Source: Octopus bimaculoides (Eukaryota). From it: a stretch of 63,557 bases of DNA. The notes beneath the pieces were generated by a model, which did not search any database, was not told the DNA's origin, and worked only from the letters and a program-made list of their open reading frames with translations. Shown here piece after piece: positions 39,878-51,796 of this stretch. Position 1 is the first letter of the stretch, and every line of letters starts with the position of its first letter. The translations under genes were made by a program, and so were the position numbers. The stretch is taken from contig NC_068984.1 of the NCBI RefSeq assembly GCF_001194135.2, positions 13,332,453 to 13,396,009 of the forward strand. Reading direction: 5' to 3'.

Positions 39878-40255
39878 TTATTACCTCCACCTGAGCAAAG
39901 GCGCAAGTATTGTTTTCAGTCGTGTTTGTTTGTTTATTTGTCCGTGGACAAGATATCTCAAGAACCGATGGATGGATTCGGATGAAACTTTCAGGGATGT
40001 TTGGCCTCGTAACTGGCACGAACTCATTTGATTTCCGGACCGATCCGATACCGGACAAAGATTTTGTATTAGTTTTTCTGTTTTCTTTTTTTAAAATTTA
40101 ATGTTTGAGAGCTGTCAGGTTCATTTCTAGTATTCTCATTTGTGAGAGCAGTCAAGTTTATTTCAGATTTTCTCATTTTAAACATCATCTCTGGCTAATC
40201 GTTGAGAGGATGTTGGTGTTGCCTTGGCGGAGGTTTGTGCTCTCTGAGGGCTCTT
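39878..40255 (+). mobile_element. Helentron-associated non-autonomous element (DINE-1/HINE-like)
   Basis: Starts ttattacctccacc, has a gtttgtttgttt microsatellite and the cggatgaaactt core. It ends ggcggaggtttgtgctctctgagggctct (subterminal inverted repeat ACCTCCRCC/GGCGGAGGT plus 3' element). Confidence 0.75.
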
Positions 40256-40460
40256 ATATATATTTCGAAACGATATGATTTAACTTCGACGTTAATTCCA
40301 CCATGCATACCAGATAGGATCTAATGTTGATCATGACTGACTGTACACACTACCCAAATTTGAAATACTGTATAAACTATCTAACTCCTTAACTAACTTT
40401 AGCTGAGAGCTGCAGCTATGCTGGTGCACCGCCCTTAAATATATATATCAAAAATATATA

Positions 40461-40883
40461 CCGTAAATCCTCGAGTGTTATCCGCACTTTTTTCCCAAAT
40501 TTAAAGATCAAAATTTCTAGTGCTTACTATATACGAGGTTGAAAATGAAAAATATATTCTAAGCTAAATTTTCTAAGTGATAAATATGTAAAGGAAATTT
40601 ACTTAATATTTATTGTTCACTGACGTTATTACTGTTATTTCTTTATTTTCTGCAAACAAAGTGCACAAAAAAGCTACACGTTTGCATTATGTTATATATA
40701 CAATAATAATAAAGAACGTTACCATATATATGTTTACAAACCAAGGACGTTATATAAACCTTCTTGACTCAAGTTAGAGAAGGGGTGCGTATTATACACA
40801 AAGTTTAGGTTTTTCAGAGGTACAGCCCCCTAAAAAACTCTACGTATTATACCCAAGGGCGGACTATACTCGAGGATTTACGG
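40461..40883. mobile_element. Tc1/mariner-superfamily MITE (Tc2/pogo-like TIRs)
   Basis: TA|CCGTAAATCCTCGAGTGTTATCCGC ... GCGGACTATACTCGAGGATTTACGG|TA: about 25-bp TIRs with a TA duplication and no ORF. Confidence 0.9.
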
Positions 40884-41005
40884 TATGTCTCTTACATTTA
40901 CGAATCTAAATATGTGCAGGATAAAAGCAGAAATGTTACATAAAATAGCATTTATGAATAGTTAAAAGGAATCGTTATACATACATATATATATGTTTAA
41001 AATGA

Positions 41006-41041
<36 letters not shown>

Positions 41042-41624
41042 ATAACCATTTTAAAGTTTTATTTGAAGTCTTATGGTATGATAGTTTAATTGATATTGCG
41101 TTCACTCTTGTATTTCTTTCAATCCACTTTGCCTTGTTTCTATGTATCCTCATTGCTTTCTATTTTAAGTGCCCACGTGCATTCTTAATGCATTAGTTAA
41201 AACATTCTTTGTTACGTGTACTATGAAGGAAACATCAGTGATATTTCGGGAACGAACTTAATGACCTATCTATAAGAGTCAGCATTGCATATTGTTTCTT
41301 TCGCTCGTTGCTCATTGCGATAACCAAATGCAACTTGTTTGCCCATTTTAAGTATTGTTTCAATGTTGCTATACGACCACGGCTATTAGACAGGCTATTA
41401 AACTACAGAAAATACGCCTCATATTGTTGTATAAAATCACAAACCAAGCCGTTTCTCCTCCCTCAAATTTTTATTCGCTTATTCTTTTACTGGTTTAATC
41501 CACTTGATACCAGCCTAGGACCGCCACTAGTTGAATCATACCAACTTCTTGTTTTAAAGTAAACTGAATTATAACTTGCCAGTGAAAACTCATGTTAGTT
41601 ACGTTCCAATAATCAACTTAATAA

Positions 41625-42008
41625 TGGTTTCAAATTTTGCCACAAGGGCAGCAATTTTGTGGGTGGGGATGAGTCGATTACATCGACCCCAGTGTTCAAC
41701 TGGTACTTATTTTATCGACTGCGAAAGGATAAAAGATAAAGTCGAGAGCGGCGGAATTTGAAGCCAAAGCGGACCGACGGGCGAAATACTGCTAAGTGTT
41801 TCGTCCAGCGTGCTAACGTTTCTTATTTAGCCAAGGGGCTACACAGAGACAGGACAAACAAGGACAGACAAACGGATTAAGTCGATTACATCGACCCTAG
41901 TGCGTAACTGGTACTTATTTAATCGACCCCGAAAGGATGAAATGCAAAGTCGACCTCGGCGGAATTTGAACTCAGAACGTAGCGGCAGACGAAATACCGC
42001 TAAGCATT
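41625..42008 (-). mobile_element. Two head-to-tail SINE family A copies (type 2 at 41625-41823; type 1 at 41824-42008, cut by a gap)
   Basis: Two central domains (about 41680-41760 and about 41880-41975). Confidence 0.9.
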
Positions 42009-42553
42009 NNNNNNNNNNNNNNNNNNNNNNNNNNNNNNNNNNNNNNNNNNNNNNNNNNNNNNNNNNNNNNNNNNNNNNNNNNNNNNNNNNNNNNNNNNNN
42101 NNNNNNNNNNNNNNNNNNNNNNNNNNNNNNNNNNNNNNNNNNNNNNNNNNNNNNNNNNNNNNNNNNNNNNNNNNNNNNNNNNNNNNNNNNNNNNNNNNNN
42201 NNNNNNNNNNNNNNNNNNNNNNNNNNNNNNNNNNNNNNNNNNNNNNNNNNNNNNNNNNNNNNNNNNNNNNNNNNNNNNNNNNNNNNNNNNNNNNNNNNNN
42301 NNNNNNNNNNNNNNNNNNNNNNNNNNNNNNNNNNNNNNNNNNNNNNNNNNNNNNNNNNNNNNNNNNNNNNNNNNNNNNNNNNNNNNNNNNNNNNNNNNNN
42401 NNNNNNNNNNNNNNNNNNNNNNNNNNNNNNNNNNNNNNNNNNNNNNNNNNNNNNNNNNNNNNNNNNNNNNNNNNNNNNNNNNNNNNNNNNNNNNNNNNNN
42501 NNNNNNNNNNNNNNNNNNNNNNNNNNNNNNNNNNNNNNNNNNNNNNNNNNNNN

Positions 42554-43375
42554 CCACGTGGTCTTCCTCAGTAGCACTATCTTGACAGTCAGCATCATCA
42601 TCTGATGTTTCAATTCCATCATCTAATGGAACTGGAATTGACAGACTTCCATTGTGAGGCACAGGTTTCATTGCAGAATCCAAATTGGGATATACAATTT
42701 TGTGCTTATTCTTCATAGAAAATCCTGTGACATTTACTTTGCAAAAATAAATCCTTAAAATAGTCTTTCGGCTCCCTCCATACCATTGGAATGGCAAAAG
42801 CCATGGTCCTCTTCTTATTGAACCAGTCACGTAATTCATTTGAGCAAGCTGAGCAGATAAAATGAGGTGACCATAACTTGTCCTGAACTCCAAGAGGACA
42901 GTCAAAGTATAGTTTATAAATCTTCTTAGTCTCTGGTGTTATTGTACGTTTTTGAGCTTTCACAATAAATTGTTCACATACATAAGATAACACATCAGGC
43001 CGATTTCTACACTGTCTTGACATTGTTAACACTGTAAAATAAGTAAGGAAATAGTTACAAACGGTTATACTTATATTGAATTTGAAATGATCAAATATTT
43101 CATCAGACCATTTATGACTGGACAATTTGAGATGTTGAAATACCTATTTCATCAGACAAAACTTGATTGGTTAATTTAAGTTGATGAAATATTGCATCTG
43201 AACTATGCAGCAATGAATAATGTAATTTTCCATGATATAAATGAAATACATGCGTACTCTCGTTAATTGGAATTTCTATATAATCCATGAGCAAAAATCA
43301 AAAAAAAATTCTCATCTTGAAAACTGTACGTGATGTCATACAGCTAATTGTATATTTGAAATCAGCATTAAAATC
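42554..43375 (-). mobile_element. Chapaev3-like (CMC superfamily) DNA transposon, 5' part, frameshifted
   Basis: ATG at 43023: MSRQCRNRPDVLSYVCEQF...YKLYFDCPLGVQDKLWSPHFICSAC...FAIPMVWREPKD, then after a frameshift YFCKVNVTGF...IVYPNLDSAMKPVPH. This is the WxPH...C..C...WREP..CYFC...YP..SA..PVPH zinc-binding N-terminus. A terminal-like motif gctgatttc...atcacgtacagtttt lies at about 43320-43368. The rest is lost in the N-gap. Confidence 0.8.
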
Positions 43376-43377
43376 TA

Positions 43378-43605
43378 TTGGGTTGTCCACAAAGTTCGTG
43401 CCGATTTGTAGTAGCTTACGTTTCGTCTTATTTGCCATGAAACAACCTCAATTCTGGGAAGAGGGTATTTTCAAGTTAAAGGAAAGATGGAGACGCATTG
43501 TGCAACAAAATGTTTCATATTTGGTTGATTAAAAATGTAATGGCAAGTATTTATTGACCTTTTTCTTTCATTTAAAAATCGGCACGAACTTTCCGGACAA
43601 CCCAA
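43378..43605 (+). mobile_element. Non-autonomous mariner (228 bp)
   Basis: TA|TTGGGTTGTCCACAAAGTTCGTGCCGATTT ... AAATCGGCACGAACTTTCCGGACAACCCAA|TA. Internal remnant FAMKQPQFWEEGIFKLKERWRRIVQQNVSY matches the mariner C-terminus. Confidence 0.93.
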
Positions 43606-43815
43606 TACATTGAGTACACCTTGACATACGCTTGAAAAATGCTTGTTCGCCAATATTAATTTTATCCGGTATATATTTCATTCTTATGTATTTCACAAAT
43701 AATCAAATCACCCCTTCATCGCCATTTGACTCAATGTTTGAAAGCAGTATACACAGACATAAGCACGCGTGCACATACACTCACACATATACAAGCACAT
43801 GGTCACATAAGTACG

Positions 43816-43846
<31 letters not shown>

Positions 43847-44607
43847 CGTATCGTAAGGCGGTGGGTCGATGAGTTTATAATTTTTGAATGGAAGTTTTAC
43901 AGCATTGAATATTATGTTGATTGTCTGAGAAAAGCTCGTCCATTTTGAGAGTTAGAGGCAGGTTCAGGATGTAAAATATGACTAAGGGGCTATGGGGATA
44001 TGAGGCTACGGTAGGTGTGTATTGTGCGTAAAACCTAAATAAGGTATTTGGCATTGGATATCTGCCACGTTGAGGTAAACTTGGAAGAGCAAGATAGGTC
44101 TATGTATGCACATGTATATATTCATACATACACACACACATACATAATAATGCGTGTTTGTAGAGACGAGAAGGGTTGTTGTTCTCTTTGGGGGAAAGAG
44201 TCTGTCGGGTCGTTGTGTAGCACTTACTAAACACGGTGAGATGCCATTTGGAATGATACACTGAGCGAAAGTAGATGGCCTGAAAGTGAGAGACTCATTA
44301 GAAGGCTATCTCGTAGGTCTTCAGTGAAACGGTCCGACATCTGTTAGTCATTCTTTCCGACATATAGGGGTTTCCAGAGAAAGCTTTTTAAATGGTGGAT
44401 TAGATTGGTAGTGATGCATGTAAAAGAGTCGGTTATGTACAAGGAACTGTAATTGTGTCGAGTGAAGACGGCGATGTTGGAGAGGAGTCATCCAGTTCTA
44501 TATTTAAGCGATGAGAAGTTATGTACATCATTTACATTATTTACATTATTTACATTATTTACATTATTTACATTTGACGGATATTTGTCCTCATCCTGTT
44601 TATTGTT

Positions 44608-44653
44608 AGCACAACGTTTCGGCTGATATACCCTCCAGCCTTCATCAGGTGTC
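44608..44653 (-). ncRNA. Minimal type I hammerhead ribozyme motif (inverted copy)
   Basis: Minus strand gacac-CTGATGA-a-ggctg[gagggtatat]cagcc-GAAA-CGT-T-gtgct. Confidence 0.7.
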
Positions 44654-44739
44654 TTCGGGAAATTTCGTGGGCATATGGCGTACTGGTTAAGAGCGCGGGC
44701 TACTAACCACGAGATTCCGAGTTCGATTCCAGGCAGTGA

Positions 44740-44807
<68 letters not shown>

Positions 44808-44855
44808 TCGAAAAAAACCTTAGGAATGAGAACCCAGGTTCGAACTTTCCCCCAA

Positions 44856-44902
44856 GACACCTGATGAAGGCTGGAGGGGTATATCAGCCGAAACGTTGCG
44901 TT
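44856..44902 (+). ncRNA. Minimal type I hammerhead ribozyme motif (dimer-type)
   Basis: gacac-CTGATGA-a-ggctg[gaggggtatat]cagcc-GAAA-CGT-T-gcgtt: conserved core, 5-bp stem II, palindromic ACGT stem III, stem I with 4 of 5 pairs. Activity untested. Confidence 0.7.
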
Positions 44903-46966
44903 AACAACAAACAAGATGAGAACAAATATCCGTCAAATGTAAATAATTTAAATAATGTAGAAATAGACATGTGTAACTGCGGGTAGAAGAGCAAGGAAGA
45001 AATCGAGGTTGGTTGGCAAGAAGTGTACGAACTATTGGCAATTAAGTCGCATAGGTTACGGGCGTGTTTAAAGGTTCGAAATGGTGGCTTGGGAAAGATA
45101 TGATATTAGAGCATCCAGCATATGCATGTGCTAGGGCACTATAGAGTAGCCTGGTGGTGTTGTGGTAAAAAGGAAAGGAGAGGTATTACGGATGGCATAA
45201 CTTCATGAGTAGAGGTCGGTGATTCTCTAGATCTACCGGCTCTCACGTACATGGGTGAGAGCTTGTTGATCTAGTGTTTTTGTTGGGGGCATCCGCATCC
45301 ACTGAGCTGAATCGTGTTGAGATTTCAGCTTGAAATTTGGCAACACGTAGCGAGACAGTGAAAATGGTGTATTATGAGTATGCGATGGAGAGTTTGATAA
45401 GGGTAAAGTGGTAGCTGGTGAAGTTGTGTTAAGAGTGGATGTTATTAAGTGTGCTAAATCTGGAGGGGTGACGGCAAAGGGCGACTTCAGTTTTCATGGT
45501 TAATCGCCGTCCATTTTTCTCTTTGGTAACACGCAAGCATCAAGTTGTGTACGCTTGTTCTTGTTAACACTCGCATTGCAAAATGATTCAGACTGATTAT
45601 AAAATGAGAATTTGAATTCTGAGAGATGTATGATTACTTCACGGGCATAATCGTTATAAATAAAACGAAAATGTTATAGTTAGAAAATGTTATAGTGAAT
45701 TCTTTATAAACTGCAGTCAGGAATATACTGATATTAGGATTGTTATTCACTCGTATCACAAATTATTGTGAAGAAACAGAGTAAATTTTGATGTAACACT
45801 AAACCACAGCATATTACTTTTAACGGATTGGAGGAGATGAAGACAGAGAGTAGATAGACAGACTTTCAGAAACGAAGAAGATGAGACCAACGTATCTGGT
45901 AAGTAGAGAAGGAAAATATCTGGTGAAGTAAATTAAGAATCCGGGGAATATAAAAGCAGAGACATCAACGTAAACGGTGCCATGGAATTTATTTATGAGC
46001 AGAAGTAAATGTAGTACGCAATTCGAGTGATCTTTTCACAATGATACGCAGTTAAAATACACAGCAAAAAGGGAAAAAACGAAACAGACAGAGCGAGCAA
46101 AAGATGAGGAAAGAAACGGTAAAACGTGAATGGGAAGCAGGAGTGAAAAATGGAAGAAGAAGAAAAAGAGAGATTTAAATAGAATGGGAGATATGTGAGA
46201 TGGAATGACAAAAAGAAAAATGAGAGCGCCAGAGAATATCTACAGGAAGACTTATTAATCCCACACAAAGTACAGTATCTCTTGTCTTCTTATTGATTAT
46301 TTTATGGTAAGCGAACGAGGAATTCAGTGATTTACTCAAGACAGATGCTATTTAGCTTCAGGTGTTTGGAATATCAATCTCCATTCTCAAAAGACTTAGG
46401 TTGTTTATCACAAAGCTTCATTTCAGCTCTGTTCGTATTTTTCTTAGATTTGGCACTGTTCGCATCAGTTCTCCCCAAAGAAAAGGCAATAAACGCATTA
46501 TTGCAGGTGAACGATCACTTTGACAATTAAAAAAAATCAATCATAGTAGTATAATGCCTGAAAACTGCTGCAATCGCAGAGTAATCCGAAACTTTTATAG
46601 ATGATGTACTAATCTGTAGATGACAAATTTTACACTGAAATCTAGATTCAGATAAAGAGAATGATGTTGCTTGTTATATTATGAACCGATCTAAAGTAGT
46701 TTTGTGATTGCTGAAAGACTATGTACAAGAATCAGATATTGTTTCCAAGTCTATTCCTTGACCTTTGCACACCACTTTACATTTCTCAGCATCAGACTTC
46801 TATCCTCCTTTCCCACTGTCCTGTGTACTTCGCTATACGTATGCGTATATATATATATGATCACACGCAGACACGTAGATATATACGCATATATGTTTAT
46901 ATATATACGTATATATATAATCATGTATTTATGTATGTGTGTATGTATGCAAATATGTTTATATAA

Positions 46967-47014
<48 letters not shown>

Positions 47015-47744
47015 TCACACATTTGTTTGTGTGTCTGAGTATATGTGTGTATGTGCGTATGTATGTGTCTCTTCCCGCATATATATATATCAACTTGTCT
47101 TTATACACAGGCATAGAAACTCTCGCACACGGTCACTCTTCCCACACACGCTAACTCAAAAGCACACACGCACACATCCACATATATGTACACGTATTCT
47201 AACTCACAATACGATCGATGTTGCGACTATTCAATACAAATATTTTTCACAGATAGGGTGTAAAAGTTGAGTCGTAAGCACTTTACTGGCAAAAAAAAAA
47301 AAAAATGTTAAATATGATTATAATTATATATTGAAACGCGGCCACACATAGCAACGCATATTAAAACACTTAATGAATCTACGCAGTAAAATCTCCCGTC
47401 GTAGGACACACTGTTTCGATTCTTTAAAAAATTCTGTGACAAAATATATCTCCATTGCTGTATACATGGTAAATGTGTTTGTTCATTTAAAGACGTGATG
47501 TAACTCTGGATTAGTACTGTTTGTGAAAGGAGACCTATCTTTTGCCGTACCAATGTAGCGCTTAAAGAGTTTGGAACGTTAACGATTTGCTGTTTCCAAT
47601 ACATAACCGATCTCTGTATTGCAGGATCCATTCACAAAGCATGTACTGCTGTTTCTTCATATGTTACCAGCCTCTGTAGATGTTTTGAGCTTATGGGATA
47701 CGATTAGATTTGTTTTATCGGTGCTACTAACATTTCATTTCAGG

Positions 47745-47997
47745 AAGTACGCTGAGAAAAGCAAAACGTTAAGGTGTCGGTCGCTCTCATGTTTTTGATC
47801 GAGCCTGTGACATTGCGGACCTGGAGCGTTCTCGGCTGCCGGTGAGCATATCCGTGCTCACTGCTATCAAGGTGGAGATAGCTGTCGGTAAGTGCGAGCC
47901 CCGGGAGTCAGAGTGGCAGTTCCAGCGCATCTCCGTCGCCTTCCTCCGAGGAAACGCCTTATCAATGTTTATCTCTTGGAAACATGAGGTGGTATGA
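47745..47997 (+). mobile_element. CRE-clade non-LTR retrotransposon 3' end (RLE C-terminus), decayed
   Basis: AEKSK...FLIEPV...EPRESEWQFQRISVAFLRGNALSM resembles the EPRExxWLxQRISxAxxRGNA C-terminal signature of CRE/SLACS elements. Confidence 0.8.
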
Positions 47998-48914
47998 CGT
48001 ACAAGAAAGTGTACGTTCTGCTCCTTAATGTAAAGTTACTCCAAGTCTATGTATATACAGGGAACTGCCTATTTACGAAACTTGCAATTTTCCTCTGTTC
48101 ATATGAACGTGTGTCAGCATGTATTATAAATTAAATGATATTAGGATGCCTGTTATTTTTGTCGGGAATCAATAAACACTTCCAGTAAATCAGGTGTATA
48201 ATATACGGAAACACCACGAGCTTTTCGCCACGTATGATACCTCGGGCATCGTAGAATATTCTAGTGAACATAAGTATCAATCATGAAAGAAAATGGTTAA
48301 GTTGTGACGAAAGGAACCATTAACTACAACAGAATATATGTTGTAATTCATATTGAAATTAAGCTAAATGCAGTGTTGTTATATATATATATATATATAT
48401 ATGTTTGTATGCATATATGAGTATAGGACGTCACCAACAGTAAACAACATGAAATACGAAGACAAATGCGTTCAATACGCAAACAACGAGAGAAACAAAT
48501 GTAAAAGAGGACAAATAACATAAAGAGCGACCCTTCATCAATTGTCGGCTGTCTATCTACTCCTCATTTCGAGCATTGATATATATATATTATATGTATA
48601 TATATATANNNNNNNNNNNNNNNNNNNNNNNNNNNNNNNNNNNNNNNNNNNNNNNNNNNNNNNNNNNNNNNNNNNNNNNNNNNNNNNNNNNNNNNNNNNN
48701 NNNNNNNNNNNNNNNNNNNNNNNNNNNNNNNNNNNNNNNNNNNNNNNNNNNNNNNNNNNNNNNNNNNNNNNNNNNNNNNNNNNNNNNNNNNNNNNNNNNN
48801 NNNNNNNNNNNNNNNNNNNNNNNNNNNNNNNNNNNNNNNNNNNNNNNNNNNNNNNNNNNNNNNNNNNNNNNNNNNNNATATATACATACATATATATAAT
48901 GTATATATGTATCA

Positions 48915-48987
<73 letters not shown>

Positions 48988-49962
48988 AGATATATGTTGA
49001 TATCAGAAATCAATACTTCTTTATATACATGTGATATTTATTCAAAAGAAGTGTACGCATAAAGATTGTTAACTGCCCCAATTCTAGACCATCCTGTATA
49101 CATATAAGAATACCGGACAACGAGAAGAAATTGTGAGCCAACAACTTCCATTGATTTGTTTGTGAGTTTTTGATAAATATTGCAAAAATGTATTTTATTG
49201 GAAATTAAAACTGCTTAAACTGAAACAGTATCTTTGGTATCATCTGACGTAACACAAGAAATAAACCTATTGTTTTTGTTACAAGCACTTTCTATCTGTA
49301 CTTAAATGTCCTTAATGCCTTTACTTTTCCTGTGGTAACACTGTATAGCGTAGGCTGAACTACCTTTCCGTCAATGTATTATAGAAACACAAGCTTGAAG
49401 TTATAGTTGGCGCACAGTCAATACTGGAGGCGCCGAAGAATTTAGAGCCTACTTTGGATGGTTTATATCTTCGTTTCACTCGAAAAAGGTATAAATTGGG
49501 AGAAATGTATTTTATAGAAAAGCTTAAAAAGCGCATATTTTTAAAAAAGATATAACAATATTTTTTAACTTTAAATAATATTTTAATTAAATTGTAATTA
49601 AATTGTCCGTCTGAATCCAACCAAATCAAATCAGATTTTTTCATATTCGTTTGAAAGGAAATTATGAACTTTGTAATCTGAGGGAGAAAGACTTTAAACC
49701 CTTCATCTATCATTTATTTACATTGCTATTAGCAATAATCATTAATTATCAATTTGTTAATTAAATGTTGCACAAAGAACAAAATAATTAGCATCATTAA
49801 TTTTTTTTTTCATAAAGAATTGGTTATTGGGAAGTTATTTTTAAATCTATATGTTCATCTGTTTGGTTCCTAAAGCGAGCAAACAAAAAACCTCACCTTT
49901 GATACACTCACACACTCACACATACATGCACATACACGTAAGTATGCATGTATGTATGTATG

Positions 49963-49997
<35 letters not shown>

Positions 49998-51087
49998 NNN
50001 NNNNNNNNNNNNNNNNNNNNNNNNNNNNNNNNNNNNNNNNNNNNNNNNNNNNNNNNNNNNNNNNNNNNNNNNNNNNNNNNNNNNNNNNNNNNNNNNNNNN
50101 NNNNNNNNNNNNNNNNNNNNNNNNNNNNNNNNNNNNNNNNNNNNNNNNNNNNNNNNNNNNNNNNNNNNNNNNNNNNNNNNNNNNNNNNNNNNNNNNNNNN
50201 NNNNNNNNNNNNNNNNNNNNNNNNNNNNNNNNNNNNNNNNNNNNNNNNNNNNNNNNNNNNNNNNNNNNNNNNNNNNNNNNNNNNNNNNNNTATATATATA
50301 TATATATGCGTGCATGTATGTATATTATTGTAATTCATTATTTATCTATATAATTTGTTTTGACGGCTTTTTATCAACCATTATATATATATTGCACTAC
50401 GTTTGTTTAGAAAGAATTTCATACAGTACTTCACTTTAGCTGTTCTGCAACTCCAACATTAACTATTTTACTATTTTTCCTGTAATTGCTTTGAAATAGT
50501 ATCCTTAACAAAGAACACAATTGCACACGCTTGAATATACAAACGCACACGCAAGCCTTCATATGAAAAGACGAAGACAACCTACTGTAAAATAAACGAA
50601 CTCAATACCAGTATAAGTACTGAGAACGACAAACAACAATGCGTTGTACATATTTGCGAGATAGTAGTTACATACGAACTACTAAATAAAGTCCAAATAT
50701 ATATGATAATATGCGCTACTGATCGATTCTAAATAGGATGTAACTACGGAATAAATTGAGAACTGGCCACTAATATCTTGCTTAAATCCTCGGAGAGTTC
50801 TTGTCACAAAATATTGTTGCGTTCAGAAAATAGAGATACATTATATTATCAAAATGTTTCTATGCAAATTTATTGCTGAAAACCATTTTCAGACGAAGCT
50901 GGAATTTCCGAATAAATAGATACATGAAATAATTCTTTTTTTTTTCCTTGCCGAATCCAAAAGTATTCTGATGGAGTTTGTATATATTGAGGTATTATAA
51001 TACAATTATATAATTGAAATATATCACTTTGCAGACAATAAATGAAAGACACATACATCCAATAACACATATACATACATCACATGA

Positions 51088-51119
<32 letters not shown>

Positions 51120-51474
51120 ACACACACACAGACACACACTCACACACACACACAGACACACACACACACACACACTCACACACAGACACACATATGTGGA
51201 TATGGACTTCTATGTATGTATACACACACACGCACACACATATATATATGTGTGTGTATGTGTGTGTGCGTACGTATGTGTATATATGGATATGGACTTG
51301 TATGTATGCACATATATGTATATACGTGTTTATATATTTATGTGTGTGTGTATATATATGTATATATATGGATACGAGCTTGTATATATGTACATACATG
51401 TATATACATATATATATGTGTGTCTGTGTGTGTGTGTATATATGGATATGGACTTGTATGTATGTACATATATG

Positions 51475-51515
<41 letters not shown>

Positions 51516-51759
51516 TTGTATGTATATANNNNNNNNNNNNNNNNNNNNNNNNNNNNNNNNNNNNNNNNNNNNNNNNNNNNNNNNNNNNNNNNNNNNNNNN
51601 NNNNNNNNNNNNNNNNNNNNNNNNNNNNNNNNNNNNNNNNNNNNNNNNNNNNNNNNNNNNNNNNNNNNNNNNNNNNNNNNNNNNNNNNNNNNNNNNNNNN
51701 NNNNNNNNNNNNNNNNNNNNNNNNNNNNNNNNNNNNNNNNNNNNNNNNNNNNNNNNNNN

Positions 51760-51796
<37 letters not shown>

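Larger units (their letters stand above)
44493..44959 (+). mobile_element. tRNA-headed, hammerhead-tailed SINE (44668-44959) with a 5' inverted copy of its tail (44493-44667)
   Basis: A-box tggcgtactgg 44676-44686, B-box gttcgattcc 44721-44730, (AAT)n, then a tail whose part 44841-44959 is the reverse complement of about 44545-44667. Confidence 0.88.
44190..45490 (-). mobile_element. Penelope-like element remnant (RT thumb, linker, GIY-YIG), interrupted at 44493-44959
   Basis: Minus translation NFTSYHFTLIKLSIAYS; FPKPPFRTFKHARNLCDL; PCSSTRSYTCLF | insertion | ITDSFTCITTNLI...KPLYVGKND*QMSDRFTEDLRD (FTC..NxIY...YIG.T.R.L..RF.EH pattern). Confidence 0.85.

Noticed and set aside
44668-44743. 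Possible tRNA gene
   Set aside because: A and B boxes are present, but there is no acceptor stem or terminator, and it continues into (AAT)n and a SINE tail.
51198-51470. CRISPR-like repeat-spacer pattern
   Set aside because: The context is eukaryotic, the spacers are simple repeats of unequal length, and there are no cas genes.
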